NCBI GenBank assembly: GCA_023231475.1
Contig: JALJEE010002390.1
Location: 1-38,024 of the forward strand
Length of the DNA stretch: 38,024 nt
Direction of reading: 5' to 3'
Source of the DNA: Seison nebaliae
Lineage: Eukaryota
Below the pieces are notes generated by a model, which was not told the origin of the DNA, made no database searches, and saw only the letters and a list, made by a program, of their open reading frames with translations. A program made the position numbers and the translations under genes. Positions 1-12,500 of the stretch are shown here, one piece after another; the stretch's first letter is position 1, and the number at the start of each line of letters is the position of its first letter.

Positions 1-484
1 GTTAACTTAAAGATAACTTAAAGATACTATCACTATAAATATCATCGAATCAAATTGTAAAAATTTAAGATTGTCTTCTCATCGACTTCATTCGGACAAG
101 TTAAAAGTGAAATATTTACCCAAATTGTCGTAAATTTCGAATTTATTTTATTCTTGACGTGAATTTTGTTTCATGAAATTATAAAATATGAAAACGAAAT
201 TTAAAAAATCAAATAAGTCGTTGAACATCCACCTTAACTTTTTGCACTCCGAAGTCACGCCAGTAGGTTGCCGAAAATCCGATCAATACTTAAGTAAAGT
301 TTAACAAAGAACTTCAACTTGTAGAAACAAAAATTTCTAGTCGACAGATGTAACTGGGGGAAAATATTTTAATTTTAGAGAATAATAAAAATTGAATAAA
401 TTTTGGTCTCCGGCGCATTATAAGTGTGTCATTCTACTCTTTAAGTTTCAGGATATAAAATTGTAATTTTTTCCTTTATTGAAA

Positions 485-512
485 TTAATGGCAGATTATA
501 ATCTGCCATTAA
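485..512. repeat. Perfect 28-bp palindrome TTAATGGCAGATTATAATCTGCCATTAA
   Basis: Read directly: the right 14 bp are the exact reverse complement of the left 14 bp, with no spacer. Confidence 0.95.
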
Positions 513-630
513 CTAATTTAATTTTTTCCAATTTTTAAATTTATTTTTTAAAGATATTTTTTTAAAAATTTACGTAAAATAGGTAGAAGGAAAAAAATAG
601 TGCAAAAAATAAAACTGTTCAGTGAAAATA

Positions 631-1314
631 TTATAAGTATAAAAATGTTCTAGTAGTGCTGCTGCTTCTTCTATATTTTTGGGTGCTTTCTCTTACAATA
701 GACCATATATAGTCACCCAACATATTCTGATAATCTTTCTGAAAATATCTCGTTTCCATTATTTTGATGTCTTGGTAAAAAGGTTCTCCATGTTCTTCGG
801 AAACACTACACAAATTATTTGTGAAAAAATCTTTATGGTGGTACAAATATTGCATTTTGATGGACATTCTACAACCAATTTTATGGAATGTTTCAATCAT
901 ATCGTTGCATTCATTTCCACCCATATCTGTTCTTCTACTGAGGAACTTAGTTAATACAGCTGTTAACTTATCCCATGGATCTCTTTCCGGTAATGTCATT
1001 GTTTCTAAAAAATGTTTATTGTCTCTCAGTTTATTAATTTGGGGACCTGTCAGAATATCATTTCTTATTTTTTGGTAAGATAATTTCGGAAAAAAAATTT
1101 TCAAAAAGGTAAAACATTTACTTTTTTCTCCAAATGCTTTGATGAATTGTTTGGCTCATCCCAATTTGATGTGCAATGTCGGAAGAATTATACCGGTAAT
1201 ATCAATGAGGGGCTCATTTTGAAAATTGAATTTTCCAATTTCAAAAGTTGTTCTTGTTTCCCAGATTTTTTGTTCATTGTAATGATTTTTGTCATCTCGA
1301 CTATTTCATAAACA
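631..1314 (-). mobile_element. Decayed DNA-transposon transposase C-terminal fragment, Chapaev(-3)/CMC-like
   Basis: ORF 631..1104 has FPKLS..KI....LTGPQI, GCRMSIKMQYL..H.DFF, VSEEHGEPFYQDI..ME.RY and MLGDY.W. The same frame extends upstream as CL*NSR...W..R...G..N....LI....LPTLHIKLG*AKQFIKA, with two in-frame TGA stops (1156-1158, 1306-1308). Homology ends at an (AT)n run near 1314-1326. Family assignment is from motif recall; no TIRs were identified. Confidence 0.7.
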
Positions 1315-1446
1315 TATATATATATAAGATATTTGCGTTGCGGCCATTTCTGAATCCCGTAATTCCTCCGCAGAACTTTTTAAATTTTTAAATGTTACTG
1401 GTTACTGTTAACCTGGCGATTTTTTAACTTCTATACCTTTTCAACA

Positions 1447-1600
1447 TCAAGTTCGTACATCAGCAAGTCAAGTTCGTACAATCAAAATTCAAGTTCATAA
1501 ATCTGAGAAGATAGAAATCTATTTGATAGAAATCATCAAAAAGTCAAGTTAGTAGAATGAAAATTCAAGTTCGTTAAATGTAAATTCAAGTTCGTTAAAT
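1447..1600. repeat. Degenerate 21-bp-period repeat, core TCAAGTTCGT, two triplets
   Basis: The core starts at 1447, 1468, 1489 and again at 1544, 1565, 1586. AAATTCAAGTTCGTTAAAT is an exact duplicate at 1561 and 1582. Confidence 0.85.
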
Positions 1601-1885
1601 TAGATCCGAAGAGGTCTAAAATATAAGATTTCAATATCATCAATTTTAGCTTAATCGGAAGTTTTGCAAGAGTAGTTAGTAGGTTGTTTCCTCTGCGAAT
1701 TATTTTTAGGTTCAGTTTCTCAATCATGATGTCATCTTTCAGATTGTTAGCAATCGTGATCCCAAGAGTGTTTATATCATTCTTAGGTATGATGAGAGAA
1801 TTATCTAATAGAATTCGTTCTTGTGGTGCATTAACAATCATGATTTGAGTTTTTTTTCCTTGTTAACGGTTATCCCAATTCGACT
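1600..1885 (-). mobile_element. Degenerate non-LTR (LINE) retrotransposon reverse-transcriptase C-terminal fragment
   Basis: The minus strand reads RIGITVNKEK, then a frameshift in an A-run, then KTQIMIVN...INTLGITI...L...I..L..KI.R..N.L...KLMILKSYI..LFG. This resembles the GL.IN..KT..M / YLG / K..LFKSY...LYG region at the end of LINE RT domains. Confidence 0.55.
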
Positions 1886-2527
1886 GAAGTGTTCATGAGG
1901 GAATTCTATAGTTACATTTGTAAATGTAGAACTCTGAACTTTGGTGGTTGTTAACGTTGAGAAATAAATACACTTTCAAAAAAAAATTGACTATTTTTCA
2001 AATTTATTCTCAAATAATTTATTTATTATTAAAGATCGCTATTTATTAGATTAAATTCTTATATGAGTATAATGACGTTTTCCTGTATAACCAGGAATAA
2101 TAGTCGTTGAAAGAGTAAATCAAATCGGTATGGTTAACATTTTTTATGTTATAATAAACAAACAATATGGAGCATAATTATAAATAATTATTAAATTGAA
2201 TTATATTAAATTATAAATTAATTTTATTTTCTTTTGTTGTTGAAATATTGGAAGAATCACCTTCTTGACCTGAAAGAAATTTTCTTTTGTTTTAACTGAA
2301 TTTGAAGTAATTTTTATAAAAGTTTTTCTGAATTCTTATTGTAACGAATAATTGTTATATCAGTTTTTTGTTAATCGAATGTGTCCGGTTATGGTTTTTA
2401 TGAATAAAGTTTCTAAACAATTATTGATAATGAATCAAAATGTCGAGTATTTAACCATCAGTTAATTTTGAGGATTTAAGTTACAATTAGTTAATTTGGA
2501 ATAATATTAAACAGGAATTGAAAGAAA

Positions 2528-2855
2528 ATGAAATTCTTCTTAATTTGTTTAATAGTTTTTCTATCTTGTCTTTACGTATCAGCAACAATTCCTGAAGTTA
2601 CAGTTCAAATCGGCAGAAAATTCTAATTATTTCTTTCAAATAAAGGATGATGAATTAGCAGTGCATTCTATCGATCAAATCGAACCAGTCGAATATACAG
2701 TCACTCCAGATTATGGGAATATGACGGTTTTTCTTTTAATAATTTTATATTTATAAGAACTTCTTTTAAAACAGATGGCGGATGGAAAAAACAAGGGAAA
2801 GGGATGGTATGATTTCGTTAAATGGTGGAGGCATGTGCTTTATATTTTGACTTAA
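2528..2855 (+). CDS. Small secreted prepropeptide (~76 aa), 3 exons: 2528-2596, 2646-2726, 2775-2855
   Basis: Not in the ORF track. Splicing two GTT..AG introns (49 and 48 nt, both phase 0) gives MKFFLICLIVFLSCLYVSATIPE/DDELAVHSIDQIEPVEYTVTPDYGNMT/MADGKNKGKGWYDFVKWWRHVLYILT*. It has a signal-peptide-like N-terminus and an AATAAA about 70 nt downstream. An alternative donor at 2603 would add VT. Confidence 0.75.
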
Positions 2856-3528
2856 AAATTTCCTGTTAAAATATCATTGATAAATTTGGGATTTGATATT
2901 TTATCATATTTATTGTTGTTCTTAATAAATATTTTTTGATTTGAAATGTTACTGAAAATTATTGAACGAAATATTTTATGGTTATCTGTCTCTTACCTAA
3001 CTTGCTGTTTTTTCGTTAGTTCTATCATTGTCGGTATTAATCGTGTTCATTTATGATCGATTTTGGTGATTTATTGTCAAATTGTTGGTTCGTGACATTT
3101 CCTATAATCTGTACCACGATTATTAATAGAAATAATAATATTTATTATCAAATGAATGAAGTAGTTTAGATAGAATTCAAATGAATATTAGAATAGGAAG
3201 CCGAACTTTTGAAAAAAGTTAACTAGATTATATTAGAGAAAAAGTGAATTGGAGAAGTTTAAAGGAGACTTATCTTCTCAACAAATAGCCAATAGGAATC
3301 GCCTTATACAAATCTATCACTTTCCCACTCAAATCAACAGATAATTGTAACTTTTCTAATTACATGATGTACATTGGACTGTACATAGCAAGATAGTAAA
3401 TTAAACAAAGAGAATTAGTAGCAGATAAGAGGCTACTATAAAAATAATTCAAACAGATAAATTTCTTTAGAAAAATTGTGTTCATGGAAATAAGAAGAAT
3501 TTAAATGCGAACAAGTTGTTGATCGGAA

Positions 3529-6500
3529 ATGAAATTTGCAGATAAATCTCATTTCCTCTCAATTCTCCAAATATTGTTCATTTTCAAAATTTTTGTTCGA
3601 AATGAAACAACTTTGATTTGTTCATCGAATCAATTCGAATGTAACAATTCCTTCTCCAAATGTATTGACAACAAATATCGATGTAATGGAATTGCCGACT
3701 GTCCTCCCAATGACTTTTCTGACGAATTGAATTGTTATATAAATCAGACAATTCAATTGAATTGTGATCCTCATCATTATCGATTTGTGAGAGGTGAATG
3801 TGTTCCATTAAATCGGATTTGTGAAATGGGTCAGATTTTAAATATGAAGGAAAAAAAGGATTGTGATGAATCGAAACGATTGTGTAATGAATCGAATATT
3901 TGTGACCCATCGATGCAATGTATTCCACTCATCAATTCTATTCAATGTGGTTGTTCTGCTGAAGATATTTTTTTTGAAGCGAAGAAAATCTTTCGAAAAT
4001 GTCCGATGAAAACGAATGATGATAATCAATTCAATTTATTTCATTCGGAGAGAGATGGATGTGAAAATCGTTTGTGTGGAAAATGTGAACATAATTGTGT
4101 TAATGGGGCAGAATGTGCATGTTATGTGCCATATCGATTATTTGATAATTATCGATGTCAATTAAATAAAGAATTAATAAAGAAAAATCTTCTTATTTTA
4201 TCTGGAGAGAAATTAATTATTGTTAAAGATTTAAATTCAACTTATGTGGTATGGAAGAGTGATGAATCGATTATATCGATCACTTCTTGTCTCTCATTTG
4301 ACGGACGAATTAAAATATTTTGGAGTGAAAAATCATCGATTCATTATGGGGAATTATCGTCAACTGGAAATGATATTTATCGATTGATTCATCATCGTAT
4401 CATTTATCGAACAATAGTCAATTCAAATATTCGTTCAATAGTTGTCGATTGTTTTAGTGAGAACGTTTATTGGATCGATATCTTCCAATTGGCACTTTAT
4501 CGAAAATCATTTCATTCCAACGATGAATATGATGATAATGAGATGTTATATCATTTCGATGAATTGACAAATCATTTAAAATTTACATCAACTCTCTCCA
4601 TCGACCAATATCAATCGATCATCTTTTATACGATCAATTGTGAAATTATCATGATGGATTTGGATGGAAATGAAATTTATCGTTTTAAATTAAATTTCAA
4701 TGACCATTCCTGTCTTTCCACTTTTATTTCAATGACCATTGATATCTTCTCTCAAAAACTTTATTTATTTGATATCAATTATTCGAGTATTGAGGAATGT
4801 CGATATACGAAAGAAACCATCGAATGTCGTCAATTGATGGTTTTGGAGACAAATGTTCACATATATTCAATGGCAATACATGAACATCAATTATTTTATT
4901 CAAATGACAAATCATTATATCATGTGGATTTGACGACCGTTCCAACTCATTCTCTTTGGCCACTCGAATATTTCACAAAAAATCAATCGACAATTAATCC
5001 ATATGAAAATTATGTGAATGATTATTCTACAATTATCTATTCGAATAATCAATATTTATTATCTATTTCTAATGTGCCAATGAATGAATTTCTCATATTT
5101 CGTGAACGATTACCTGATTTATCGATGTTATCTCATCAAATTAATAGAACGAATAATACAACTCTTCTTCAAAAATTTCTCGATGAAAAATTTTCAAAAT
5201 TATTCGATTTGAATTTGGTGGAATCGAAAGAGAACGAAACAATTCGATGTGATCAATTATCGATTTGGAACGATAAATCTAAATCATGTTCTTGTTATGT
5301 ACCATATGTGATGAATAATGGAAATTGTGAAATTGGAAATTTCTTTTCCATCACCATCGAAATGGATCGAGAGAATGTGATTGATAAATTTTATCGATTT
5401 TCAATGAATAATTTCCTCGTTCAACATTTTCCTATTGTCAAACAGAAATATAATGAACTGAAAATGAGAATGAGATCAGACATCCATTTTCGAGTATCGT
5501 TAATGATGAATGGAAACCGTTCAAAACGGATTCCACTTTCCCACAAATCTCAATATGTCGTTCATGATTATTTCATTTGGAATCAATATATTTATTATTT
5601 ATTAATCAATCTCGAATATTCTTATCATTTCAATTTCCTCTTATATCGATCATCTATTATTGCTGATTCGACGAAAGAAGAATTATTATATGAATCAAAA
5701 TATTTTTCATCATCTATCTTCGATTACAATTATCGAATTTCTGTTGATGGAATTATTGAAGAGAAGTTTATTTATCTTTCTTATCCATCATCTCCCAATC
5801 AATCCATAATCCAATTACTTGAATTAAATAAGAATGATATGAAATCATCAATTTTGATGGAATTGGACAATGTGAAAATAACATCTCTCAAAATTCATGA
5901 ATCATATCGACAAATTATTTTCAGTTCAATTAAAAAAGAATTCGAAGATGATTTCATTGTTGAAGAAACGACTATCAATTCGATGGATTTGGATGGAAAT
6001 GGAATGAGAGAAATAAAAAAATTTAAATTTGTTGATGATTGTCAAAAGAAATTCAATGAATTGAAATGTTCAAATTTAATTAAAAATAAAGAATTGTTAC
6101 GAGAAAGTAATTCATCAGAGAATCGACGTTTAAATGAAATTATTTCAATACAAATCGATTACATCTCTTCCTCACTCTGTTATATGAGACGAATTCCATA
6201 TTCTATCAATATTCCTGAAATGAGAGTCATTTATGAAAATGTGATCGATTGTTTGAATTTATTGAATATTTTAACGACATCTCATATCGACATTCATCCA
6301 ATTAATATAGTTGATGGAATTCCAATTTATATAAAGAATTTCCAATTTATTTCTTCAAATTCAAATGAATATCAGATCGTTTTATTCGATTCTTTTCTAA
6401 ATACCATTTATTCAATTCCATTCTCATCTGATAATTCGATGACATTGAAATTAGAAAATTCGATAAATATTAATCGACATCTCTTGAACAACATCTCTCA

Positions 6501-9500
6501 AATGAATGATTTGGAAAGTGATAATGATATTGATTCGGAAATAAAATATCATTATGGTGATATCGATTCTCAATTGAAAACATCTCTAATTCAATTCCTT
6601 CAACAATTACCATCATTAAATAATAGAAGAAATTCATCAATCTTCTACTTTCATCATCAAAATATTAATAAAATTAATAAATTATTTTATTTACAATTTA
6701 CAATGAAGAAAATGAAAATGAAACAGGAATTGGGATCGACATTAATTCCTAAATTATATGTGGCACATGAAATGAATTTATTTAATTCTCTCATTCTATC
6801 TATCAATTCACATTATTCAATTATCAAACGTCTCAATTTATTTCATAATGAAGAATATTTAGATCGAAAGAATGCTGAAATCAAATCATTAAAATCAACG
6901 AAAATATTATCGAATTGTAAAGAAGATGAAATTATTTTACGATTAAATTCACCATCAGTTACCAGACAATCAGTTTGTTTATCTAATGATGAATTATTGA
7001 AAAAGAGAAATATTTCATTTATCTTCTTTCCCAATTTTCAATCGAACAATAACTCATTTCCATTCGTCGCTCAACAATTCCACCAAACGTTATTTCCTTT
7101 CATTTATCTCTTACCAAACGACTTGCGTCATTATTTGAAGAGTGATGAAAAAATTGTAAAAATATTTTGGAAGAGAACTAAAAACGATGAAATAGATTGG
7201 AATCTTATTATTTTGAAGAGATTTAATCATTTTACAAATTCTTTTCAATCATTTGATAATGAAAATGAAAATGATTATCAATTGAAATTAATTGGAAATC
7301 AGATGGATGAAACGATTATTGATGAATCGATATTTTTCCAAAAACATAAATTATTTTTGAAACATATTAATTTCAATTCGATTATTCTCTTCAACAATTC
7401 TCTTTTTTATTCCATTATCAATTTGAATATTTCACAATTCTCGAAATCGTCGAGTGGAACTCTTCTGGAATTGGAAGTGATCGAATGGAATCCAATTGAA
7501 ACGACCGTTTTATTTTCAATTAATTTCTCGTTAAATAATCAAATATTTTGGGAGAACGAGATGGAAATGGAGAATAATGACACGAATTTTTTCTTTCATA
7601 AAACAAAAAATTATTTAAATGAAAATTTAATTAATAAACCAATGGATGAAATGAATGATTATTTCCAATTGAGAATATCAAACGATTATATTCTCATCAA
7701 ATATATGGAATTGAATATTACTTATTTTCACTTTTTCCACAAACCAACTCATAATCATAGTGATGGTTTATCAATGGAGAAATTGTTTCATATCAAATCG
7801 GAATTTGTTCAACTTCGATTATTAGAAATTTTCCATAATCCTAAAAATAATGCAACACAATTAATTGTCATTTATCTCGTTCGTCAAACGAACATGTTCG
7901 AAGGACAACTTTGTGAGTTTATGAGTTGGAGAGGATGTCTCGAACAATTCTTCACTTTCTCCTTCATCGAAACGGATCGTATAAAATTAGGATTTGATAA
8001 TAATCGACTTCTCATCATTCGAACGAATGGACAATTTTCATCTTTCTCTTTAGATGAAGTGAAGAAATTCAAAGAGAAATCTTTATTATTATTTCTGTCT
8101 CATAATATATTAATTTCGAATGTGGATCAATATCAAATAAGTTTTCCATCAGAAATCATTTCAGAAGAAATGAAATTAATTGAAAAAAAAAAAAATTCGA
8201 GAAATTCTTTCAATTATTTAGTTGATTTGCAAGTGAATAATCAATCAATAATTTATGAAATTAATGGAAATTATAAATATTATGATTATCGGAAATTGAT
8301 TTCAATGAAGAAATCGGATGTGATGGAAAATGGAACGTTATTTCTAGAACTATTTCAAATATCTTCCTCCATTATTCTCATGAGTGTTTCAAGAGAAATT
8401 GATGGAATTTATTGTGAATTCAATTTAATTTTTCATAATTATTCAAAATATTTTTTGACGAAATATCGAATAATTAAAATAGAATTCCCTTTATCAATCT
8501 CCATCTCATCTAAACAATTATCATTTACTAACGAGTTTCGACAATTTCTTTTTATTCTAAAATTGAAATCGATAGATGGAAATTCAGATGAACAATCGAT
8601 AATCACTTTCAATATTCATCGATATAATATTCAATTATTTATCGATGATATTCGAGATGAATTGATCGAACAAATTATTACAGATCGAAATGTCAGTTAT
8701 ATTATTGAAAAATCAAGAGAGATATTAAATGATATTCGATCAGATATTCAATATTCTTCAGAAGACGTTATCGATTATAAAATATCGATAAATTTAATGA
8801 AAGAAATGGAAGAATTAGAAATAAATCAGAGAATATTCAATGGAACATTCATAACGAAATATAATGAAAGTGAGAAAGTGGTTTGGAATTGGAAGAGTTG
8901 TCGTTTTCATTTAAAAGAAAATATTCATAATGAGAAATATATAATTAATGAATATTATTTAATTTTCCCATGGCAAATTATTCGATTTTCATTAAACGAC
9001 AAAAAAGAGAAGTTTCTGGGAGAATTATTCTGGATAACTGATCATCATAATAAACGACAATTTGATCCATTCAATCAGATTGAGGATGTGGTATTTGGGA
9101 AGAATTTTCTCATTTGGTGGCAAACTAGAAAGATTTTTTCAAATAAATTCTCCGAAATTTTCATCAAGAAAATTTCACATAAAAACGAATTTTTTCAAAT
9201 TTATTCAAGTTTGATCTTCTCCACCGATTTGATGGAAATTGAAGAAATTCGATTAATTGACAATAATCGACTACTTCTACAATTGACGAATGCTTTTGAG
9301 AAAGAAGAGAAATTTATTTATTTATTGAAAATTGATGATGAGAATGATCGAATGGCACCAGAAGTTTACATTGAAATGAGAGTTGATGTGACGAATATTG
9401 GAAATCCGTCAAATTTCCATCGAATCATTTCACGTTGGAAAGGGAAAACTTTCATTAATGATAGTGATAAAGAGAGATTGAGTGATAATCATTTAATTAA

Positions 9501-12500
9501 TGAATTATATTTAATGACAAAATCATATTCGACGAATAAATTAGAAAAAGATTTTCATGAGAATACGAAGAAATTTTATGATAAAATTATGATAAAAGAC
9601 AATTCTATTTTACAATGTCCACCAAAAATAATTGAAGGAATTATATCATGTCAACATCAGATGCAATATTCAGCATATCTTCGATTTTATTTTGAATCTA
9701 ATAAAAAATTACCGATGGAACATTTGAGAAATAATATTATCTCTCAATGTATACGATCTGAATGGATTTGTGATGGAAAAGTAGATTGTTTAGATGGAAG
9801 TGATGAATTCAATTGTGATTTAATGAAATTACATTTACCCCGATTCTCTCATGATCATGTTGATGATTATGAGAATAATAATAATTTTATTCCTGAATTC
9901 GATTGTAAAAAGAATCGACATGATGAACTGATAATCGTTGATGATCCAATGGAAATTATCGATTATCGACAAAGATGTGATGGAAAGATTGATTGTGAGA
10001 ATGAGAGTGATGAATGGGAAGAAGAATGTAAAGATCTCTCACCAGATCGTTGTCCATCACCCTTAATTCCATGTGGAAATACATCGAAATGTATTTTGGA
10101 ATCGTCGTTATGTGACGGTATTGTGGATTGTGTTGATGGTTCAGACGAAGATATTTCCATCACCACAAATGGAAGATTTAATGAGAAATGTCGTTTACAG
10201 AAGAAATTGATGAATAAAGAGAATGTAAATCGAATTTTATTGAGAGAATGTTCATCTAATTTATTCCATATAAATGAGAATGAAATGACTACCGTTGAAC
10301 GGTTACCAGAAAAGATGAAGAAAAAAGTTCGAACATATCGTCCCAAATATAAATTCGTCAGATATATTCGATGTGGTGATGAATGTCTGAGAGAATCTGA
10401 AATTTGTTTCGATCGATATAATTGTCGAGAAGATCAAAAGTTTTGTGGTTTCCATCAACATTCCATCTCGCCATTGGAGGAACATCAATTATTTCGAAGT
10501 CATTTCAATTGTGATCATAATGAGAATGAATTAAATTCAAATACACAATGGATGTGTCACAATTTGGAGAAATGTATTTCTGGTACACGTGTCTGTGATG
10601 GGATAGTAGATTGTGGAGATACATCAGATGAAATGGATTGTAGAAATTCAAATAATTTCACTCATGATATTTATGATCAATTTTATGATTTGACTATACA
10701 ACCGTTCAATATGGAATTTTGTCAATCAAATCAGAATAATGTCATCGCATGTTATCAATGTAAGAATAAATGTATTGAAATGGAGAGTGGAAGTTTAAAA
10801 GAATATTTACCAATATTAAATTGTCTCATTTCTGCATATTCTTTAAGTCAATCGATAATCAATGAAGAAATTTTCTTCTTCAACTCTAAAATTAATTTAT
10901 TGTCAATCGAAAATATGACAATGAATCAATGTGTTGGATTTGAGCGGAATAATAAGAAATTTCATTTAATAAAATTTTTTAAAAATTTCTTATCGATCAA
11001 AGTGGATGAGAAATCGAATCAATTATTCGATGTGGAATCATCATGTCTGATTAATGGTCAATCGCCATGTCAAGGAAAGAATACGATATGTCGTGAACAA
11101 TTCCCGATAAATGAATGGATGAAAAATATGAGAATGAATTCATTAAATCATTTTTTTCTATTTCTCTCTCCACTTTATCGATGTGAATGTATTGAAGGAT
11201 ATGAATTCATTGATGAATATAAATCGATCGATTGTAAAAAAATTGATGAATGTCTCCTTCCTATCACATCATCATCATCATCATCGAGAGAAGATTATAT
11301 TCATTGGAAAATGATTGAGAAGAAATTTGAACGAATTCATCTCCCACCAAATAAATGTTCCTCTACTCAATTAGATTATTCAAATTTCGATAATCGATTT
11401 CTGATGACAGATCATCATCATATCTATTTATTTGATGATAATTCAAAATTTCTCATATTGGACAATGGGAAAGCATTCCTCTCAACTGCTTATGATATGG
11501 AAGGAAAATATTTATATTTCGCTGAAATGTATCATGGACCGACGAAAGATTATGGTGTGATTAAACGGATTCGATTCGATATCGACAACGTCCGAAATAT
11601 CATTCTTCCACTTCATTATTTTGATAGTGAAATATTTCTCTATCATAATATCGGTTTACCTGAATGTATCGTTTTAGATGGAAATGGTGGAAATATCATT
11701 TGGAGTGACAAGAAATTGTCATCGATAGAAATGGCATCGTTAAAGACAAAACATCGAAAACTTCTCTATGAGACATGTGAAGAACAATCATTTCGTGCAT
11801 TATTATTTGATGAGAAGAGAAATATGTTATTCTATACCGATTGGAGTAAAGATCCACATATTGGTGGAATTGATATGAATCGAAGAAACGAAACAAAACG
11901 AATTGTTGACAATAAAAAATTGATGGAATTTGGATTGTCGATCATTTGGCCAAATTCGTTAGTTGGTGATGATGAACGATTGTATTGGATTGATGGTCGA
12001 TTAGGATATTTGGCGAGTATTCCATATAATGGAAATTTATCACAAATTATAATTTATTATTCAAATCATTTTCAAAAAGAGAATATTTTACTTCATTCTT
12101 TTTCCATTATGGATGGTGGAGAATATATTTATGTATCTGATGTATATCATAAATCAATTATTCGTATCTCTAAATTGAGTGGAATTGATATGAAAGAAAT
12201 TCATTTGAATTCTAATGAAATTATTCATCGAAAATATCGTCAAATGAAAGAAATCGAAACAATTTTCACTTTCGATTCAGCCCCATTAAGTTTGAGAAAT
12301 ATTGGGAAATTTTCATCAAGACATCAATGTCATTTATTAGATTGTCATGGATTATGTCTGATGAATGAAAACGGACAATTTTGTGAATGTGATGATGAGA
12401 TGGAAGTGATTGATGGAAATGGATGTCGATTAAAAAATTATACGATAAATATCGTTGGATTGAATGAATGTGATAAAAAGATGTTGAAGAGAATTAATCC

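Noticed and set aside
31..60. CAC-starting candidate terminal inverted repeat of the transposon
   Set aside because: No matching partner end or target-site duplication was found in the window.
1156..1308. In-frame TGA codons suggesting recoding (TGA=Trp or Sec)
   Set aside because: One replaces an expected Trp but the other an expected Leu. Host genes use TGG for Trp and TGA as stop, so this is ordinary pseudogene decay.
1447..1600. Regularly spaced repeats resembling a CRISPR array
   Set aside because: The core is only about 10 bp with a 21-bp period, the context is eukaryotic, and there are no cas genes.
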